From Lama glama (Eukaryota), in the NCBI GenBank assembly GCA_028534125.1, contig CM052818.1, positions 5,520,001 to 5,584,000 of the forward strand: a DNA stretch of 64,000 nucleotides, in the 5' to 3' direction. The translations under genes and the position numbers were made by a program. This document shows, in pieces, positions 49,801-64,000 of this stretch (within the stretch, counting starts at the first letter, position 1; the number at the start of each line of letters is the position of its first letter). Under the pieces are notes generated by a model. The model worked only from the letters and a program-made list of their open reading frames with translations. It made no database searches and had not been told where the DNA came from.

Positions 49801-51134
49801 TAAAATATTAAATAAGCCCATACATTTTTTTTTAAAAACCATCTAAACTGTGTGAGGAGAAGATAATTTATGTTTCATTCCATCAATTATTATCAGTAAG
49901 GATGAGGCTAAATAATTTCTAGTCTCACGTCTTGCTTTCTTTTGTTCAAAAGTAATTAATGGCCAATGTTGATTAAGAGTACATATTTCTGTCTCAGATT
50001 TTTTTCCCCCTTTGGTCAAGTAAGAAAATGGGGAAGAGAACCCACAAAAGAAAGAAGTTCGAAATCCTTCTTATTCCAAAAGACAAAAGTCAGAGAATTT
50101 GTGAGTGATACAAAATAATAAACGGTCAGTAGTACCAGCGCTGTTGAAAATCTTGGAATTTGGCCCCAAAGTGCAGGGGAAGATGAGAACTTTCATATGT
50201 TGCTACTTAGATGTGTATAAGTATTCCAATAAGAATTCAGCAGCGATAGGTTTTCACCTTATAGAGGGGGGGCTCGTGATGTACACACAATCTACTTTTA
50301 ATCTAGTGGCTTTGTCAGTGTTAAAAATGTGACTTCCTTCCTCCCCACTTAAAAAAACACCATCGCAAGGCTGTCTCAAAGAAAGCAAAAAAATGAATAA
50401 ATATATGCAGATGTATACATCTACATATATAAGTATAAATAAAATATGAACAGAAAATGGCTCCAATCACTAATATTTTTGCAAACTAATGTTCAGCTGA
50501 TGCAACTCAATTTTATTTTGCATCACATTAGTGTCATAATGGTAATGACTAGCCTTTATTCACTAACAGTTTGAGTCAGCACTTTGAGACATTTTCAAAT
50601 TAGGTCATACTGCACATTTGTGGCTGATACAAAGGTTGATTAAGAGAGCTGCACAATTTTAAAGTGATGTGGTGTGAGTTGAATTAAGTTCTCTCCGATA
50701 GTTCCGAGAAATGTAAGCCACCACAACTAAGCAGAAATAATGTATGGGCTATCGGGGGGCGTATATTTCCACAGCGTGCTGGAAGTCATACTCATTTACA
50801 ATTTCACAAAGTCCTCTGTCTGGCAAGGAAGAATTCTATCATGAGGCCTAGAAACAGGCAATGAATTACAATAAGGACACTGGGGGCCTGGTCCCCAGTC
50901 CTGTTTCAGTGAAAGTCAGTTTTTGCCTTTATGTCCCTTTTGATCGTCTCAATAAAGACTTTTTTCCTTCCTTCTAGAAACTGTCTACTGCTTTTCTGAA
51001 GTCAGAATGATCCTATGTCACAACCAAACCATTTACCCATAATGTAACGATTCTAAGGCCAGGCTAAATTGCCATGCAAGCTAGATCTGGGGGAAAGAAA
51101 AAAAATGATCTATTTAAAGTCATATTGTCATACA

Positions 51135-51262
51135 TAAAATGTGTGTGTCTAACTGGATCGCTTTGCTGTACGCCTGAAACTAACAGTGTAAATCAATTAC
51201 ACTTCAACAAAATACAAAATTTTTAAATGAAAAATAAAATTTAAAAAATAGTTTTTAAAAAA
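51135..51262 (+). mobile_element. Short L1 3' terminus with A-rich tail
   Basis: taactggatcgctttgctgtacgcctgaaactaacagtgtaaatcaattacacttcaacaaaa. Confidence 0.8.
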
Positions 51263-54200
51263 TGATAATTGTCACGGCAAATCCACAATCTCATCAAAAA
51301 TTGGAAGGCACAGGATTTTCTTTGGTCACTCAGCACTTCGAATAAATTGTAAAAATGGCCCCTACAAAGCAGAGCTCCTTTTAATTGGGTTTATGGAGAA
51401 CAAAAATAAAGGCTGTAATTCTTAAACTGTTGGTTTATTCAAAAGGACAAAAGTAGCTGTTATTAATAACACTGTACTTACTTGCATCTTGCCCTCTCTA
51501 TAGCAGAAAGGAGCCACAGAAGGTTCTCTAAATACATATTTTTAAATTGTGCAAGTGGCCTTAAGAGCCAAGAAACCTGGAGAAAAACGGAAAGAGTGGA
51601 TGGAACGGAACCGAAAAAAAAGGCTCCCTCATTTGGCAAGTTTTGGTCCCTGGATGCAAAAGGAGTTTCCCTGTAGTTCCTCTTGCGCATATACCTTGCT
51701 TTCTTTGTACTCACCTCCAGAAACATAATGCAGTCAGATCACATTGTACTTCATGTATTTGATGAGTTCTTTTTCCAATTCCAACCTCCCAACTTTCTGT
51801 ATTCCCAGATTCAGACTTTGCCCGGAGGCTGGGACAGTGTGCACCTCTCTGCCCTCTGCAGACCTGTTACCTCTAATTTGCTCTCAGTTTCTTTCAAAAT
51901 TTCAGCAGAGTTTTCAGAGAAATTAGGGCTGAACTTGTTTTCTTGGGCAAGAATACCTAAGAAAAACAAGAGAAAGGGTTCCACTAAAGAGTAGGTGTAC
52001 GTGTTGATGTTTTAAAAAATAAATGTCCCTAATTAGGAGCATGAAGTTGTAAAAGCCACAGTCATCCTCAGTATTGATAACCAGGTTTCTATTCCAGTCT
52101 CCTGAAGATTTCCACAATGAAAGGAAAACAGCTTTCAAATCCTGCAAGGAATATAAACAAGTACGCTTTGGAAGAAAGGAAGGAAGGCAGGGAGGGAGGG
52201 AAGGAAGTGAGGAAGGGGGGTGGGGAGGGAAGAGGAAGCAAGCTTGACTTCACGTCCCTCATTCTATCCCAGCGAAGCCCTGCTCATCAGCCTGCACCCC
52301 TCTTCACTGGCTGCTGCCCTTCCTTTCTGAAGGACCACAGTCCGTGAAACTGACACGTAAACTTGCTGCCAGTTAAAAGTTGAAGCTTTGCCATCATCGT
52401 GGTTCTTATAACCAAGATTTTCTTCACATAACCAATATTTAATACATTATAACTGGAATTTGAATAACCCCTTGTTCTTGCTAAACTACAGAGGTTGCTC
52501 TGATTATTTATCACACCTTGAGTATCTTTAAGTGGACCTTCCGGGGACTCCGATTAAAATGCAGATATCCCCGGATGCAGAGTCTGCCTATGAAGACCTG
52601 AGCGACCGAGGCACTGTGTCTCAAGCCTGTACATTTTCGTTCCCAACACACCCCTGGTGTGTTGGGTCACTTAATTTACATTTTCAAAAGGTCACTGGTG
52701 GTGCTAGCTGGAATGGACTGTATATTTTACTTATTTTGAAGTAGGCTAATTTTCCCCAGCCAGGGAGACATCCCTTTCCAGCCACTCAGATGATGTAAAT
52801 CTGAATCAGTCATAAGATCACAACGAACAGGTTTTGCTACTGTGTTCAGTAACTATGGGAATACTGGAGTTTCTCCAACAGTTTAATTTGGGACACGATA
52901 GGAGCCTTTAGTGACCTGTGTTTATTAACAGTGGGGTTTTTATTATTATTTTCCCGAATGGATACAGCAACATAACAGGAGTTTGACATGACTTCTGATG
53001 ATCTGGTATGCAGTGATTAAATAAGGTGAATCCACATTTTATATGCTAATAGGATATTTATAATCTCTACAGCATATCCAATTTAACTATTTTATTTTCT
53101 GTTGTTCAGAAAGTATCTCTTATTAGTGAAAGAGAATACCCTTGCATTCGCCACAGACGCTAGTTTAATTGGGCTGGAGTGCATTGTGTATAATTAGTCC
53201 ACTTCCCCAATATTTTATCTATAATTACACAATGAACAATGTGCTTCAATTTCATAAAATTAGTGGGTTCAAAGAAAGACTTCAAAAAAAAACAAAAACA
53301 AAAAAAGAGCTGTTTTTAAGCTACCCAAGCCTTGCTAAGAGCTTGATGAAAATACGGCTCAAGCCAGTGTGTGTTTCTTAAACAGCGAATGGCTGCCCGA
53401 AGGCTCTGAGGCTGAAAGCAAAAATAATGTTCCCCTCTACCTCCACTCATCCCACCCAATGACAGTGTTACTGCAGAGCTGCTTGGACCAGGCCCAGCTG
53501 TCACTGGAGAAACAGGATGAAAGCACCCCCCTCCCCGCCCCCGTGCTGTATTCCCAAGGTCTCTGCAAACGTCGGCCTTCACAGTGGTAATTTTGAACGG
53601 CAAAGCTATTTGGTTTGGGGTTTGGATATTTCTCTCCCCCAGGATTTAGAACTCTTTGGGGCAAACTCCTTCCAGACAGTAGCCAACGAAGTTTTATCAT
53701 GGTGACCAATTTTTAGTTTTGTTAGGGAATGTGACCGCATAGAGAAAGAGGGGGAGAAAGAGACAGAGAGAGACACTGGTTTATGATTTTGATGACTCCT
53801 CTGTGGATTGCAGGAAGTTCACTGGACTCTGAGTGTGCACGTGGGTGTTACCCATCTGAGTTCAAATGAGGCTATTTTACACTAGGACGATAGTTACTTG
53901 CAAAAAAATTTTTTTAAAGTCCAGAATGAAAGAAAAATGGATTATGGGGTTTTAGGAGAGTTTTTTTTAAGGCCATAGGAAGTCTCTGTTTTCAGTACTA
54001 TCCAGCTCAGGGGAGGCAGCCAAGATCAACAGCATGTCCACATGGCCTCTTCAAGGAGCCTTCTCTTATACCCCTAAAACAGACATCTGATAAGGTCCTT
54101 ACATGGTTCTTACTTCTTCATTTTACCTTTAACATGTTTGTTTCACTTTGACCAAAGAGAGTGCCAGTTGCCAAAATGACCACTGTGACGCAGCAGCCTA

Positions 54201-54293
54201 CCCACTGGCCAACAGACAAAGACCCTGAGGATTGCAAACGGAATCTCTTACCCTTGGAACCAATAACCTACACGTGAAAAAGCTGTTGGCTGC

Positions 54294-54702
54294 TACATTA
54301 GTCAGGGTTGAGTCAGGAAAATAGAGTCAGCACAAGGTACTTCAACAGAGGGATTTAAATTAGGGAACTAGTTACAAAAGTGGTGGGAGGACTGAAAAGC
54401 CAATGGAGACCACCAAGAGTTTGGTGATAGCAGGAAGCCACTGCCACCCCTGTAGTGAAGGGACACAGCAAAGGGGACAGGTGTGGGGACCTCAGAGGAG
54501 ATGCCGCCATTGCCAGAACCACCTCCAAAACAGGCGGGGGTGAGATAGCCCAGTCTCCTCGCCTTTCCCCTTCTCTTTGCTCAGAGCCTCCCTTTGTGGG
54601 AGCCAGATGGCAATGGACTTTGCAAGGCTAAGCCCCCTAAAATACAAAAGAACAGGGAAAGGGCAGAGACGGGTCTAAGAGCAAACAGATAAATGACCAA
54701 GC
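54294..54702 (-). mobile_element. Ancient MaLR-type (MLT1-like) LTR
   Basis: tacattagtcagggttgagtcaggaaaatagag...aggtacttcaacagagggatttaaattagggaactagttaca...gggcagagacgggtctaagagcaaacag. Confidence 0.6.
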
Positions 54703-57700
54703 AAAGCTCCTTCTCACCAGCCTTAAGACTTTCGTATGAAGATAAAATTCCCAACAGATCCCTGTGTGCACACAGGAGAAGGAACGTGATATTTATTTCA
54801 GTTTCAAATTCCTAAGGCCCGTTCCTAGGAGCGCCGACTAGGAAAATGGCGACCACGTGGAAGATGGACATTAAAGCCAACGCAATACAGCGTAGCTGTG
54901 TGCATTAAAAGGGGGTACAAGTGCTTTAAAAGTTGAGCCCCAACCCTTGAAGTTGTTTGTCAGGGTAATATGTCATTTTCCACTCTGTGTGGCAGCAGAG
55001 TGAGGCACCAATAGAGGTCAATCTTGACTTTAAGTCTCTCTGGTTTCCATGGATTTTGGACACCCCAAACTCTGCTTGAACAAGGATAGGTTTTGACTGA
55101 ACAGCAATGGATTGTCTGCATTCTGTGTCCCCCTTGTCACTGTACTGCTGCCCCAAAGCCAGATCAACTATTTATATTGTTTATATTGTCCTCATGTCCC
55201 TTAAGCCCTCTTCCCCAGATGCCAGCTGACACTAATGGGGCTTGTGGTTCAAGCTCAGGAACAAAGCCTCCTTGAAACCTAGACACAGGGACACTTTTCA
55301 AGGTTTAACATCTTATCTTCTTGCTCGTCTAATTTCTGCCAAATCGCTTGCCCATTAAAATGCATGGTGCAGTTAAAAGAGATTTGCATTTGGTCCTACA
55401 AAATGAAGAATTCATAAGTTGGCTTTTTTTTTTTACCTCCTGACCAGAATCCATATTACTTGGAAAGGAAAAGGCCAAAGGGAAATTATTGCTATTTTAG
55501 ACAGCAGCATAAATTTTCTTCCTATTTTTAACCTAGCTTTTAATTTAATAAGTTTTATGACCCTTATATTAAGTACATATGTTTTACAAGACATTGTGTC
55601 CCTTGAGTCACCCTGAATTTGCTCTACTGTATTGGAGTTAAATGAATGAATACTGTGTTTCTGATTGTAGTTCACCTTGTATTTGATCCTTATAATCTGC
55701 CTGGTAAACCTTCACCAAAACAGAGAGCGGCACCACCACTGAATGGCCGTGTGAAGGCTGGCTGACACTGTCTGAAATGAAATGAATGAATGGATGTCCC
55801 CCTGGAAGTATTCTAAATTTCAGATTTCTCTCCCAGTGGTGTTTGCAGTAAACAATTATGGACACACAAGATACTGGCCATGGTCTCTGGTTTTCAGATC
55901 TGACAACTAAGCATACAAGCCCTTTCTGTGTTTATTCCACTGGCCAGTGCAAAGGTATTTTTCGTTCAAATTGAAGCTTCAAAATTGAACATGGTTCTCT
56001 TTTTGGAATCGGAAGTCATATTAATGTTCTTACACAAGATATTCACCATCATGTCTTCATGGTTATTTAAAAATGAGTTTGATGCCATTTAAACATAAGG
56101 AGGGTCCCACCAATCTTGAAAGATTATTCGAAGAATAACTCCATGGTTATTTTTTAAAATTTTTTGAATTCATTGCAGAGTGGGAAAAAAATCACCTACA
56201 ATGTTAGTGTTGAGGGATGTCAAGTAGTTAGCAGTCAGTTAATAAAGAAGTAAGTTTTCTTGAGTTCGTACGGGGTTGGGGGAAGAGCCGGAGGCACACA
56301 GGCATGATTGGGCTCAAAGCTGTGTGTGTAAATGTCGCAAAAAATGTAACAACCTCGCACTGGTGACAAAACTTGTGTTTTTTTTAATGATGAAGGTGTA
56401 ACGGAGTTTCACATCTTACCAGAGTACAGGAGCTACTGATTAGCTGAATATTCACCCAGGAAATCTTTGTCATGTAATAAGACTTGTTTTGAAAGACGCC
56501 TGGTAAATTTTCTGCTTCAGTTCTGGTTTTTAAAATGGTTTCCTGATGCATGCCAAAGCTCAGTAAATCAAGAGCCGACTAAAAGTGCATTTTAGGTCAA
56601 TGGATTAAGGCTGGCACAAACTCAAGATGGCAAAATTTAGCCTCATACCACAGCTTCAGATTAAGTGCCAGAGTATATAACTGTGTACACTTAAATCTAG
56701 TAATGTATCAAATCCAATTCAAGAAGTCATTAATTTCTTTCCTATGCATTTTGTTTGCTTTTGTCCTACTTCAGTGACTTTGAAGGACAGGACTTTAGTG
56801 TAACCTGTTTTCAGCAGAACCTTCCTCAAAGATCTACAGAAGAATTAACGTTTATTTCATGTTCATATATGGGCTCAAAAATTGATATGCTGCCCTGTGA
56901 TTCTATTGTCAAAAGAAACCATCCGTTATTTTCAAAAGGGAAGACTCTCAGCCTTCGGAGATTTCACTTCAAAACTAAGTGACCAATCTATGAGACCTGT
57001 TTGAAATCTATTTAAATATTTGGCACCTAGTAGGTTACTTGCATTTAAAACGTTTTTTGTTTTGTTTTTAGGGGAAAAAAAATGTAAGGGTCTCTAATAT
57101 CAAGGAGCTCGTGGTCAGTCCGACCATCTAAGTTATGGCCACACTGCTGAGAAACACAGGTTAGGAGGGAATGTTGGCGTTAGACTCCGGGAAAACAAGG
57201 GCTGGCGATTTCAGCCCGTCATGGAGAACTCCTGGTCACCTCCCAAGGGGCAAATTGATGTCAAGTTCTGCTGTCTGTCAGGATTAAGTGCCTGTTTGCT
57301 TTTTTCGCTAACATGTGGTTTGAGAACAAAGCAGCTCAAATCTCCTCAGTCCCTAACAAAGCATCTCAAATTGCTGAGTAAAATTCCTTAATCCCTCATC
57401 TTAATCTGAAAACACCAGCAGCGCATGGTGGGACACTGTGGTCTCTTTTTGTAATGCTCTCCCCTCCACCCACCCCCACCTTCCCCGGTCCTGACCACCT
57501 ACTCCTCCACACCACCAAGCCCACGTGCGTGCCACCCTCCTCCCAACCCCTACTTGATGCTTCAGTGGAATATTATCAGAGTTGAAATCCAGATAACTTG
57601 GTCCAGGATCATGCTGGCTCTAGGCATCTTTATCCCTTATCAACTTCATTTTTAGAACCCAAGGGGAAATAAAATAATAAAGATCATAATGGAGAGATGC

Positions 57701-58590
57701 ATGAACCCCCTTCGCATAACCTTGAAGGTTATATGTACACAAATGGTACTGTCATAAGTTTTAACAGACAGGACTTAACCGCTTGTTTGCAGTATTTGTC
57801 AGCTCGCAGTCAGAAGTCAAAGGCTATGGGGATTTTATGTACCATTTTAGAATATTTTTACTAAGGTAAGAGAAAGAAGCGAAACTAACTTCCATGACTT
57901 GTTTGAAACCGTGAAATAATCTTTGTTAACATAGGGCAAGTGAATCAGCAGTTGGAAAATGTTTTCCATTATTTGCATATGTTCATTGCATATTAAGGAT
58001 CCAGACTTGATCTGTTGACTAGAGTTGAAAGGCTCCAACTTTTTGCTTCCTTAATTTGCAGAGTGTTGAAGTCTGCAAGTTGAAGTACATAAAACCTTAC
58101 TTTCCCTCAAAAAACAAACAAACAAACAAAAAAACCTTGTTTTTTCAACCCTTTATTTGAGCTATCTTCCTACCAATTTTTAGTGGAAAAATGGAATTGG
58201 TAGATTTTTCTTGGGGAGATTTGTGGAGGGAGCTGTTAAATTAAGTTCTGATCTTTGGGAAGCTGAAATTCATGGTGGTTCTCTCTTTTTCTATTTTTCT
58301 AAAAGGAAGTTGAACAAGATTTACCATAAAAATAAATAAAATCAGAAAACTCTACTCCTTCACTCCCAAAATTTTATTCAATAGAGTGCCGAGGCAAGAT
58401 AGATCCTAATCCAGGAGGCACTCACCCTTTCCCTTCTCTTTCACAGCATCCTTCTCCCAAAAACAAGTGAAATGAATAAAACCCTTTCCCCTAGTAATCC
58501 TGGACTCTGCTGCAGTATGTATATTTCAGGAAAATGGTAACACAACTTCATAGGGAATGTGAAAAATAGAAGGACTAAAACTTTCCAACA

Positions 58591-58615
58591 CTATATATAT
58601 ATATATATACATATG

Positions 58616-58646
<31 letters not shown>
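58591..58646. repeat. (TA)n microsatellite
   Basis: Seen directly. Confidence 0.95.
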
Positions 58647-59144
58647 AGCACTTGTGCTCTGTTTAATAGTCTCACTTTCCCCATTTTTCTTCCTGGCATT
58701 TTTACTTTCTACAGGGTTGGATGAGGGAAAAGAGCAAAAGGAGAAGAAGGGAGGTGTCTGCAAGCATCCTAGCTCTAGTTCAAGCTTTCATCGACAGCTG
58801 TCCCTTCAAGAACTTAACCCCTATTAGAGAAAAAAATAATAATAAAGTATTAGAACTCAGCTCCAAAACATCACATTTTTCTCAATAAATTCATTCATTC
58901 CTATAAAATCTCTACTTAAATAGTAGAAAGAGCCCCCCCCTTCAGAAATGATTATCCTTGACAAATGTCAGATTTTTAAGCTCATCACTTTTAATATGAG
59001 AAACAGATAATCTGGACAGTTGCTGTAGCTCCAAACCCATAAATCCTCCAACATGAACCTTTTTATAGCAAGCCCAAGGTTGGAGGCACTGACCTTGGAT
59101 GACGTAAATAGAACAATAATCCCAGAAAAGCCTCAGAGTACATT

Positions 59145-59350
59145 ACATAGTACATGGGTGAGAGCAAGGACTCTAGTCGAACTATCTATGTTTGAATCCC
59201 AGTTCTTCTGTTTTCTAGCTGTGTGGCCTTGAGAAAGTTACTTAACTTCTCTGTGCCTCATTTTCCTCTGCAAATTTGAATAACAGTCATACCCAACTCA
59301 TATGAATATTAAATGAGTTAGTATTTGTAACATACAGCACTGTCTGCTAT
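59145..59350 (+). mobile_element. MIR SINE
   Basis: gtttgaatcccagttct...ctagctgtgtggccttgagaaagttacttaacttctctgtgcctcattttcct. Confidence 0.9.
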
Positions 59351-60042
59351 AGGAATTTTTAAATTTTTTCTTATTTAAAAAAATTTCTTTTTAATGTACA
59401 CCTTGCCAAGTTAGTTTGAAAATAAGATTTTTCTTTTTCTATTCTAGTCAAAGAAAAAGATTTCACATCCTAAGGTGACAGCATGGGAAGAAAAGAAGGA
59501 AAATGCTGGGAGTTTTTTTGTCTAGTTAGTTTTATCATAACAAAATGGGGAAGAATATGGAAAGAAAAAAAAAGGCAAATATTTGAAATACATGAAAAAT
59601 ATATCTTTAGGAGTTCAAAGGGTTTGGAAAAGGATATGATGTGTTTTATGTTTTAATAGCCTACGTTAGTCATAACAAACAGTTCTTTGAGAACTCAATT
59701 ATTCTAGGCAAGCTATTTTGTTAAACAAGCTATTGGATATTTAGGCTACATGTACCTTGGCAAATATTTATTACTCAAAGTTAGGCTTGAGCAAATAAAT
59801 GCCAAATTTTGGAACATCTTAACAACCTGAGCTGAGATCTCAAAACAAATATTTTTAGTAGGTTTTTTGGTTTGTTTGTTTTTTCACGAATAGTCGTGCT
59901 TATTTTAAGCATTAACTCAAATGGGCACCTGGGTTAAAGTTTCTATAAAGTTTTTTTTACAAGCTTTCTCATATGCCCTTCCAGCTGTCATTTAAACCAG
60001 CATTCCTGGCCGCCACACTGAAACAGTTATGAAAATATGTTC

Positions 60043-60135
60043 TTTCATTGACTCAGCAAGTATTCACTGCATCTCTACCTGTGCTGGGACCTGAGTTAGG
60101 AACTGTTATACCTCAGTGAACTAAACAGACACCAT
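60043..60135 (-). mobile_element. L2 3' end fragment
   Basis: ttcattgactcagcaagtattcactgcatctctacctgtgctgggacctgagttagg...cagtgaactaaacagaca. Confidence 0.6.
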
Positions 60136-61783
60136 CCACGTGTGTTGGATTGGCAACACTGGCAAAGATTCCCTGATGGCTAATATACACCCATGAGAAA
60201 ATGTTGGAAAACCTTTTGGACTCTAGTCTTTCATCCTGGATGTGTTTTTCTCAGCCTCAAGAAGAGGACTTAATGTTGACCGGGTAACCCAATCTGTGGA
60301 TACTCAGAGCTCCAGTTAGGAGATTTGGGGAACATTTCAAGGCATTAATCTCGCTTTGGTATAGCCAAGCTCCCCAAAGCGAAGTTTAAATGGAAAACAA
60401 CGAAAGAGTCCTGTAACATAGCTCAACTTTAATGAGAGTTGGAAGAAAAGATAAAGAACGTCTGTGGTGCAACTGTAGCTTACCGTTTTGTTGATCATGG
60501 TGTGAAAATTTCTACAGAAGATAAGATTTGCAGTAAGAGATGCTACAAACTGCGCAAGGACTGCAGCAACGTCACTTAAAATGTTTGGGAGAAACTCAAA
60601 ACATTCTTCAGGCCATAACTCTTCCCTGGAGGTGGAACCACAACTGGAATTCATCAAGACTTTCCCCGACTGTGTGCTCACGAAGCCAAAGCCCAGGGTG
60701 CAATTCTCAGGCCCTCTAGTTAGTGTTACCGTGTCTCACAGGTAGAAACTGCTCCTAAACCGGAATAATCTCTCTCAAAGTCTATGTTTGTAGTCACAGC
60801 CACTCAAGGGAAAGATATCAATGAATCAACATATATATAAATTGATCAAAGTATCAAAATAATTTCTTAAGAATAGCGAGATGGCAGGCAGAGTGCCCCA
60901 CATGCTAAAGTCCCCCAAAATGTCTTGCCAATCACATTTAATTGTAGTCCAAAGAATACCTGAAACTCCTTAAAAAATGGGGAGCCAGCTAACACTAGTG
61001 TTCAAGCTTTTATAAAGCTGGGACAGAACAGCGAAGTCTCAGCCATGCAAGTTGGAGGATTTTGTCATTTATCTCACCTCTTTACTCATTACTTGGTGGA
61101 ACTTGAGTTTTCTAAAATGGGAAAGAAAAGAAGAAGGAAAGAAAGAAAGAGAGAGGGGGAGGAAGGAAGAAAGAGAAATAGAACGAGAAAGAAATGAAAG
61201 CTGAAAAATAATCTAATGGTCCATCAGTACATAATGAGCCATGGGCTATGGAATTATTAAAAATGAGTCTGTGTGTGTGTGTATGCGTGTGTGTGTGTTG
61301 ACTTGCTGGCATTCATGGCATATTCTTAAGTTAAAATGAGGGTTAGAAGACTGTATGCATAGTATGATATCATTTGGGAGAGTTTTTCTCTGTTGTGTGT
61401 ATGAAGCAAAAGCCTGAGAGCGAACACAGATAAAGATAATAATGACTACGTGCTTGAAGCGTTTTCCTTTCTCATTAGTTTCTGTTTTCCCACCTATATT
61501 TTCTCTTATTTGTGTGAGGTGAACACTTAGCACGTAAACCCAGGTGGCCACAACCCAAATGCCACTTTGGAACTTTTGTTCCTGAACAGAGGGTACCTTC
61601 ATTTACATCTGTTAGGTTTCGATGACGCAGAAATCTGTGGACAACTGCCAGCCAACAAGTCTTACATAAATACCTAAATTGATGCCTTGTTATATACAGA
61701 CAAATGCAGAAACTTTAAAAAAATTATGAATCGTTAGGACGATTATTAGTAAGAATCACCCCCATCTGATCAAAACTACCTTA

Positions 61784-61969
61784 TCAGTAGTTCTCAAATT
61801 TCAGGGAGCGTGAAAATCCCCTGGAAGGCCTGTTAGAAACCCCAGTGGCTGGGCTCACGCTCAGGTTCTGACTGAGCAGGTCTGGGGTGGGACCTGAGAT
61901 GCTGCATAACTTACTGGGTTCCCAGGAGATGCGGGTTTTCCAGTCAGAGGACCACTTTGAGAACGACTG
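61784..61969 (-). mobile_element. MER5A DNA transposon
   Basis: The terminal inverted repeats (TIRs) cagtagttctcaaa...ctttgagaacgactg enclose ctggaaggcctgttagaaac...gcaggtctggggtgggacctgaga. Confidence 0.88.
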
Positions 61970-62871
61970 ATGTTATCAAGTCTCTGTTGCCTGAATGATG
62001 GAAGGCGAAGGGTGAGTGGGCACTTCTGTGTTCAGGTGTGTTCAGCACTCCTCTCAGGAAGGTGGTAAACAGCTGTTCTTCCTCCTCACTGGAGAGAGGA
62101 GAGGAAATGGAATTAACCTGTAGGTAATGATTTAGGTTTACTCCAGAGGGAAAACGTCCTCACATAACGGGTTACTAAGCGCTGAGGCAGCTTGGACAGC
62201 CACTAAGAGGAAGTATTTGTTATCTGCTTCCCCTAGAGGGTTCTAAGAATTTACAGACCTTACCTGAATGGAGAGGAAGATAAAAGAGGTGACATAGTGG
62301 CACCAATTATTTTCAGGGGGACCCAAACCCATTTCACTATCTTATGGTGAACGAGAACGACTAAATATTTTCTCCTCTGCTCCCCAAACCGAGCGATATG
62401 CAATTGCTCTGTTTTTATCCTTACTGCAAGGAGAGTGTTTCAGACTCACATCACATTGACATAGTTGAATTTATACCCTTTCCTCGAGACATAAGAGCAG
62501 ATCAGCCAGAATAAGATGCTTTTCTGATTTTCCATTTGTCATACTGGGAAAGCACCAAATCAAGAGGTTTACTTCTATCTCCTTGGAGGGAGAAGCCCAG
62601 ACGTCAACTCCGTAAAACTTACGAAAGGCTGCCTTCCACATAGGCTCAGAGCTTCCAGAGAAAACCTTTGGAGAATGAAAATGGTTTCATTATAGAGCCC
62701 ACTCAACTAATTTTCTTCACGTTGAACTCTTCCTTCTCAGCGCTTTGCCATCTTAGAGTCCAGGACCAGTTGCAATCAACAGCTGACAGCTGCCTTCATT
62801 CACTAGACCTATCTGGACTTTCCGACGGTTCTCATCATGGAACTTGGAAAACTGACACACCACACTCCTAC

Positions 62872-63100
62872 CGGCTATGAGAGCTTAGACTCTGGTGGGC
62901 GAGACACCTGAATTCACAGCCCCATTCACCACTCTCTGGCTGTGCGACCTTGAGCAAGTCATTTCATCGCTCTGTTCCTCCTCTGTAACATGGAACCCAT
63001 CACACATACCCCCCTGGGCTGCCCTGGAGATTAAACCAGCTGCAGGATGGAGGGGACCTTAGCCCAGTGCCTGCCCCACAGAAGGGGTTACAAATGTGAG
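62872..63100 (+). mobile_element. MIR SINE
   Basis: gagagcttagactctgg...gacacctgaattc...ggctgtgcgaccttgagcaagtcatttcatc.ctctgttcctc. Confidence 0.8.
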
Positions 63101-63397
63101 TTGTATCTCCCTTCAAAGCCTAGTCCATCAGGCAAAAATGGTCTGGACAGAAGCCATTTGATGGTTCTGAAATCGAATTCAACATTTGTTACCAAGACAA
63201 TTTTGTGTATACATTTGCCCCTCCATATTTTCTTTCAGGTCAATGCAACTTTGCTTTAATGAGTGCCTCTGAATTTCCACTGACCAAGTAGTGGAAAAAG
63301 CCTGTCTTCACTGGCATATTAATAAACTAAATTGTTTTGGATGCAATTATACAATTAACCCCCAATCTATATATATATATTATATTTTTTAACATGC

Positions 63398-63660
63398 AGT
63401 GAGAAGAATGGAGAAACAGCTTTGGAGTCAACATTAGTATTCAGATTTCTCTGCTTTATTTAAAAAAGGCAAATGCTAAGCTCCAACTATTTTCAAATGG
63501 GGACTTATTCAGATTATTACTAAAAAAATCAAAACAAATAGCTATCAAATGGGAATAATGTGATCATATGTCTGAAAGCATCATTATGAGGATGAAATGG
63601 GATAATGGGCACAAAATACCCAGCAGAGTTCAGAGTCCATAGTTCGCTGTAATTATTGTT
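63398..63660 (+). mobile_element. MIR SINE (degenerate or split)
   Basis: gaaacagctttggagtcaac...caaatgggaataatg...attatgaggatgaaatgggataatgggcacaaaatacccagca. Confidence 0.6.
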
Positions 63661-64000
63661 ATTATGATGGTTTTGAGGACGTGATGATGAAAGTCCTCTT
63701 CAGGTCTAAAATTCGATGCTTAGAAGTAATTTAATCCTCAGGAAAGCCTGTCTCATTCTTTCACTCTACACATACCACCTTCCTAGACAAAGAACATTTA
63801 GGACCTGTGTGACCACATCCACAGCCAATTTTCACTTGTGCCATAGTGTCTTTCTTTTTAATGAAGTTGGAGGAGTGGGATTTTATGGAAAATCTCTAAA
63901 CACGTTCCTTTTAAATTGATTTATGTAATCCATATTTGCCTCCCCAGTCTATAATGTGGAAGTATTATGGGATCATAGTCATTTGGAACTTCGGGGTCAT

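Noticed and set aside
33520..64000. Assignment of the enhancer-rich region to a specific gene locus
   Set aside because: No coding exon or sequence that I can reliably recognise, so it needs an alignment to a reference genome.

Overview
This is non-coding mammalian genomic DNA. The tRNA-derived SINEs (ggggagg.tatagctcagtggtagag...cttagcatgcac.aggtcctgggttcaatccccagtacctcc) point to a camelid, which is an inference from SINE type. No intact protein-coding gene can be supported, and the supplied ORFs are chance or repeat-derived. The first ~33.5 kb is repeat-rich (L1, L2, MIR, MER5A, MER33, MaLR/ERVL LTRs, lineage SINEs). It holds two notable items. The first is a heavily decayed but near full-length hAT-superfamily transposase reading frame on the minus strand (~5.17-8.66 kb, split by an L1). 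The second is a CpG-rich promoter-like region at ~13.9-14.5 kb built from a 21-bp-phased array of TCTCGCGAGA (CGCG/BANP) palindromes, with a minus-strand splice donor pointing toward that transposase. Together they suggest a once-domesticated, now dead transposase gene. From ~33.5 to ~46.8 kb I see no recognisable transposons, and the DNA is dense in homeodomain, TALE, POU and SOX motifs, as expected for a developmental enhancer cluster. All calls are by eye, repeat boundaries are approximate, and the locus could not be identified.
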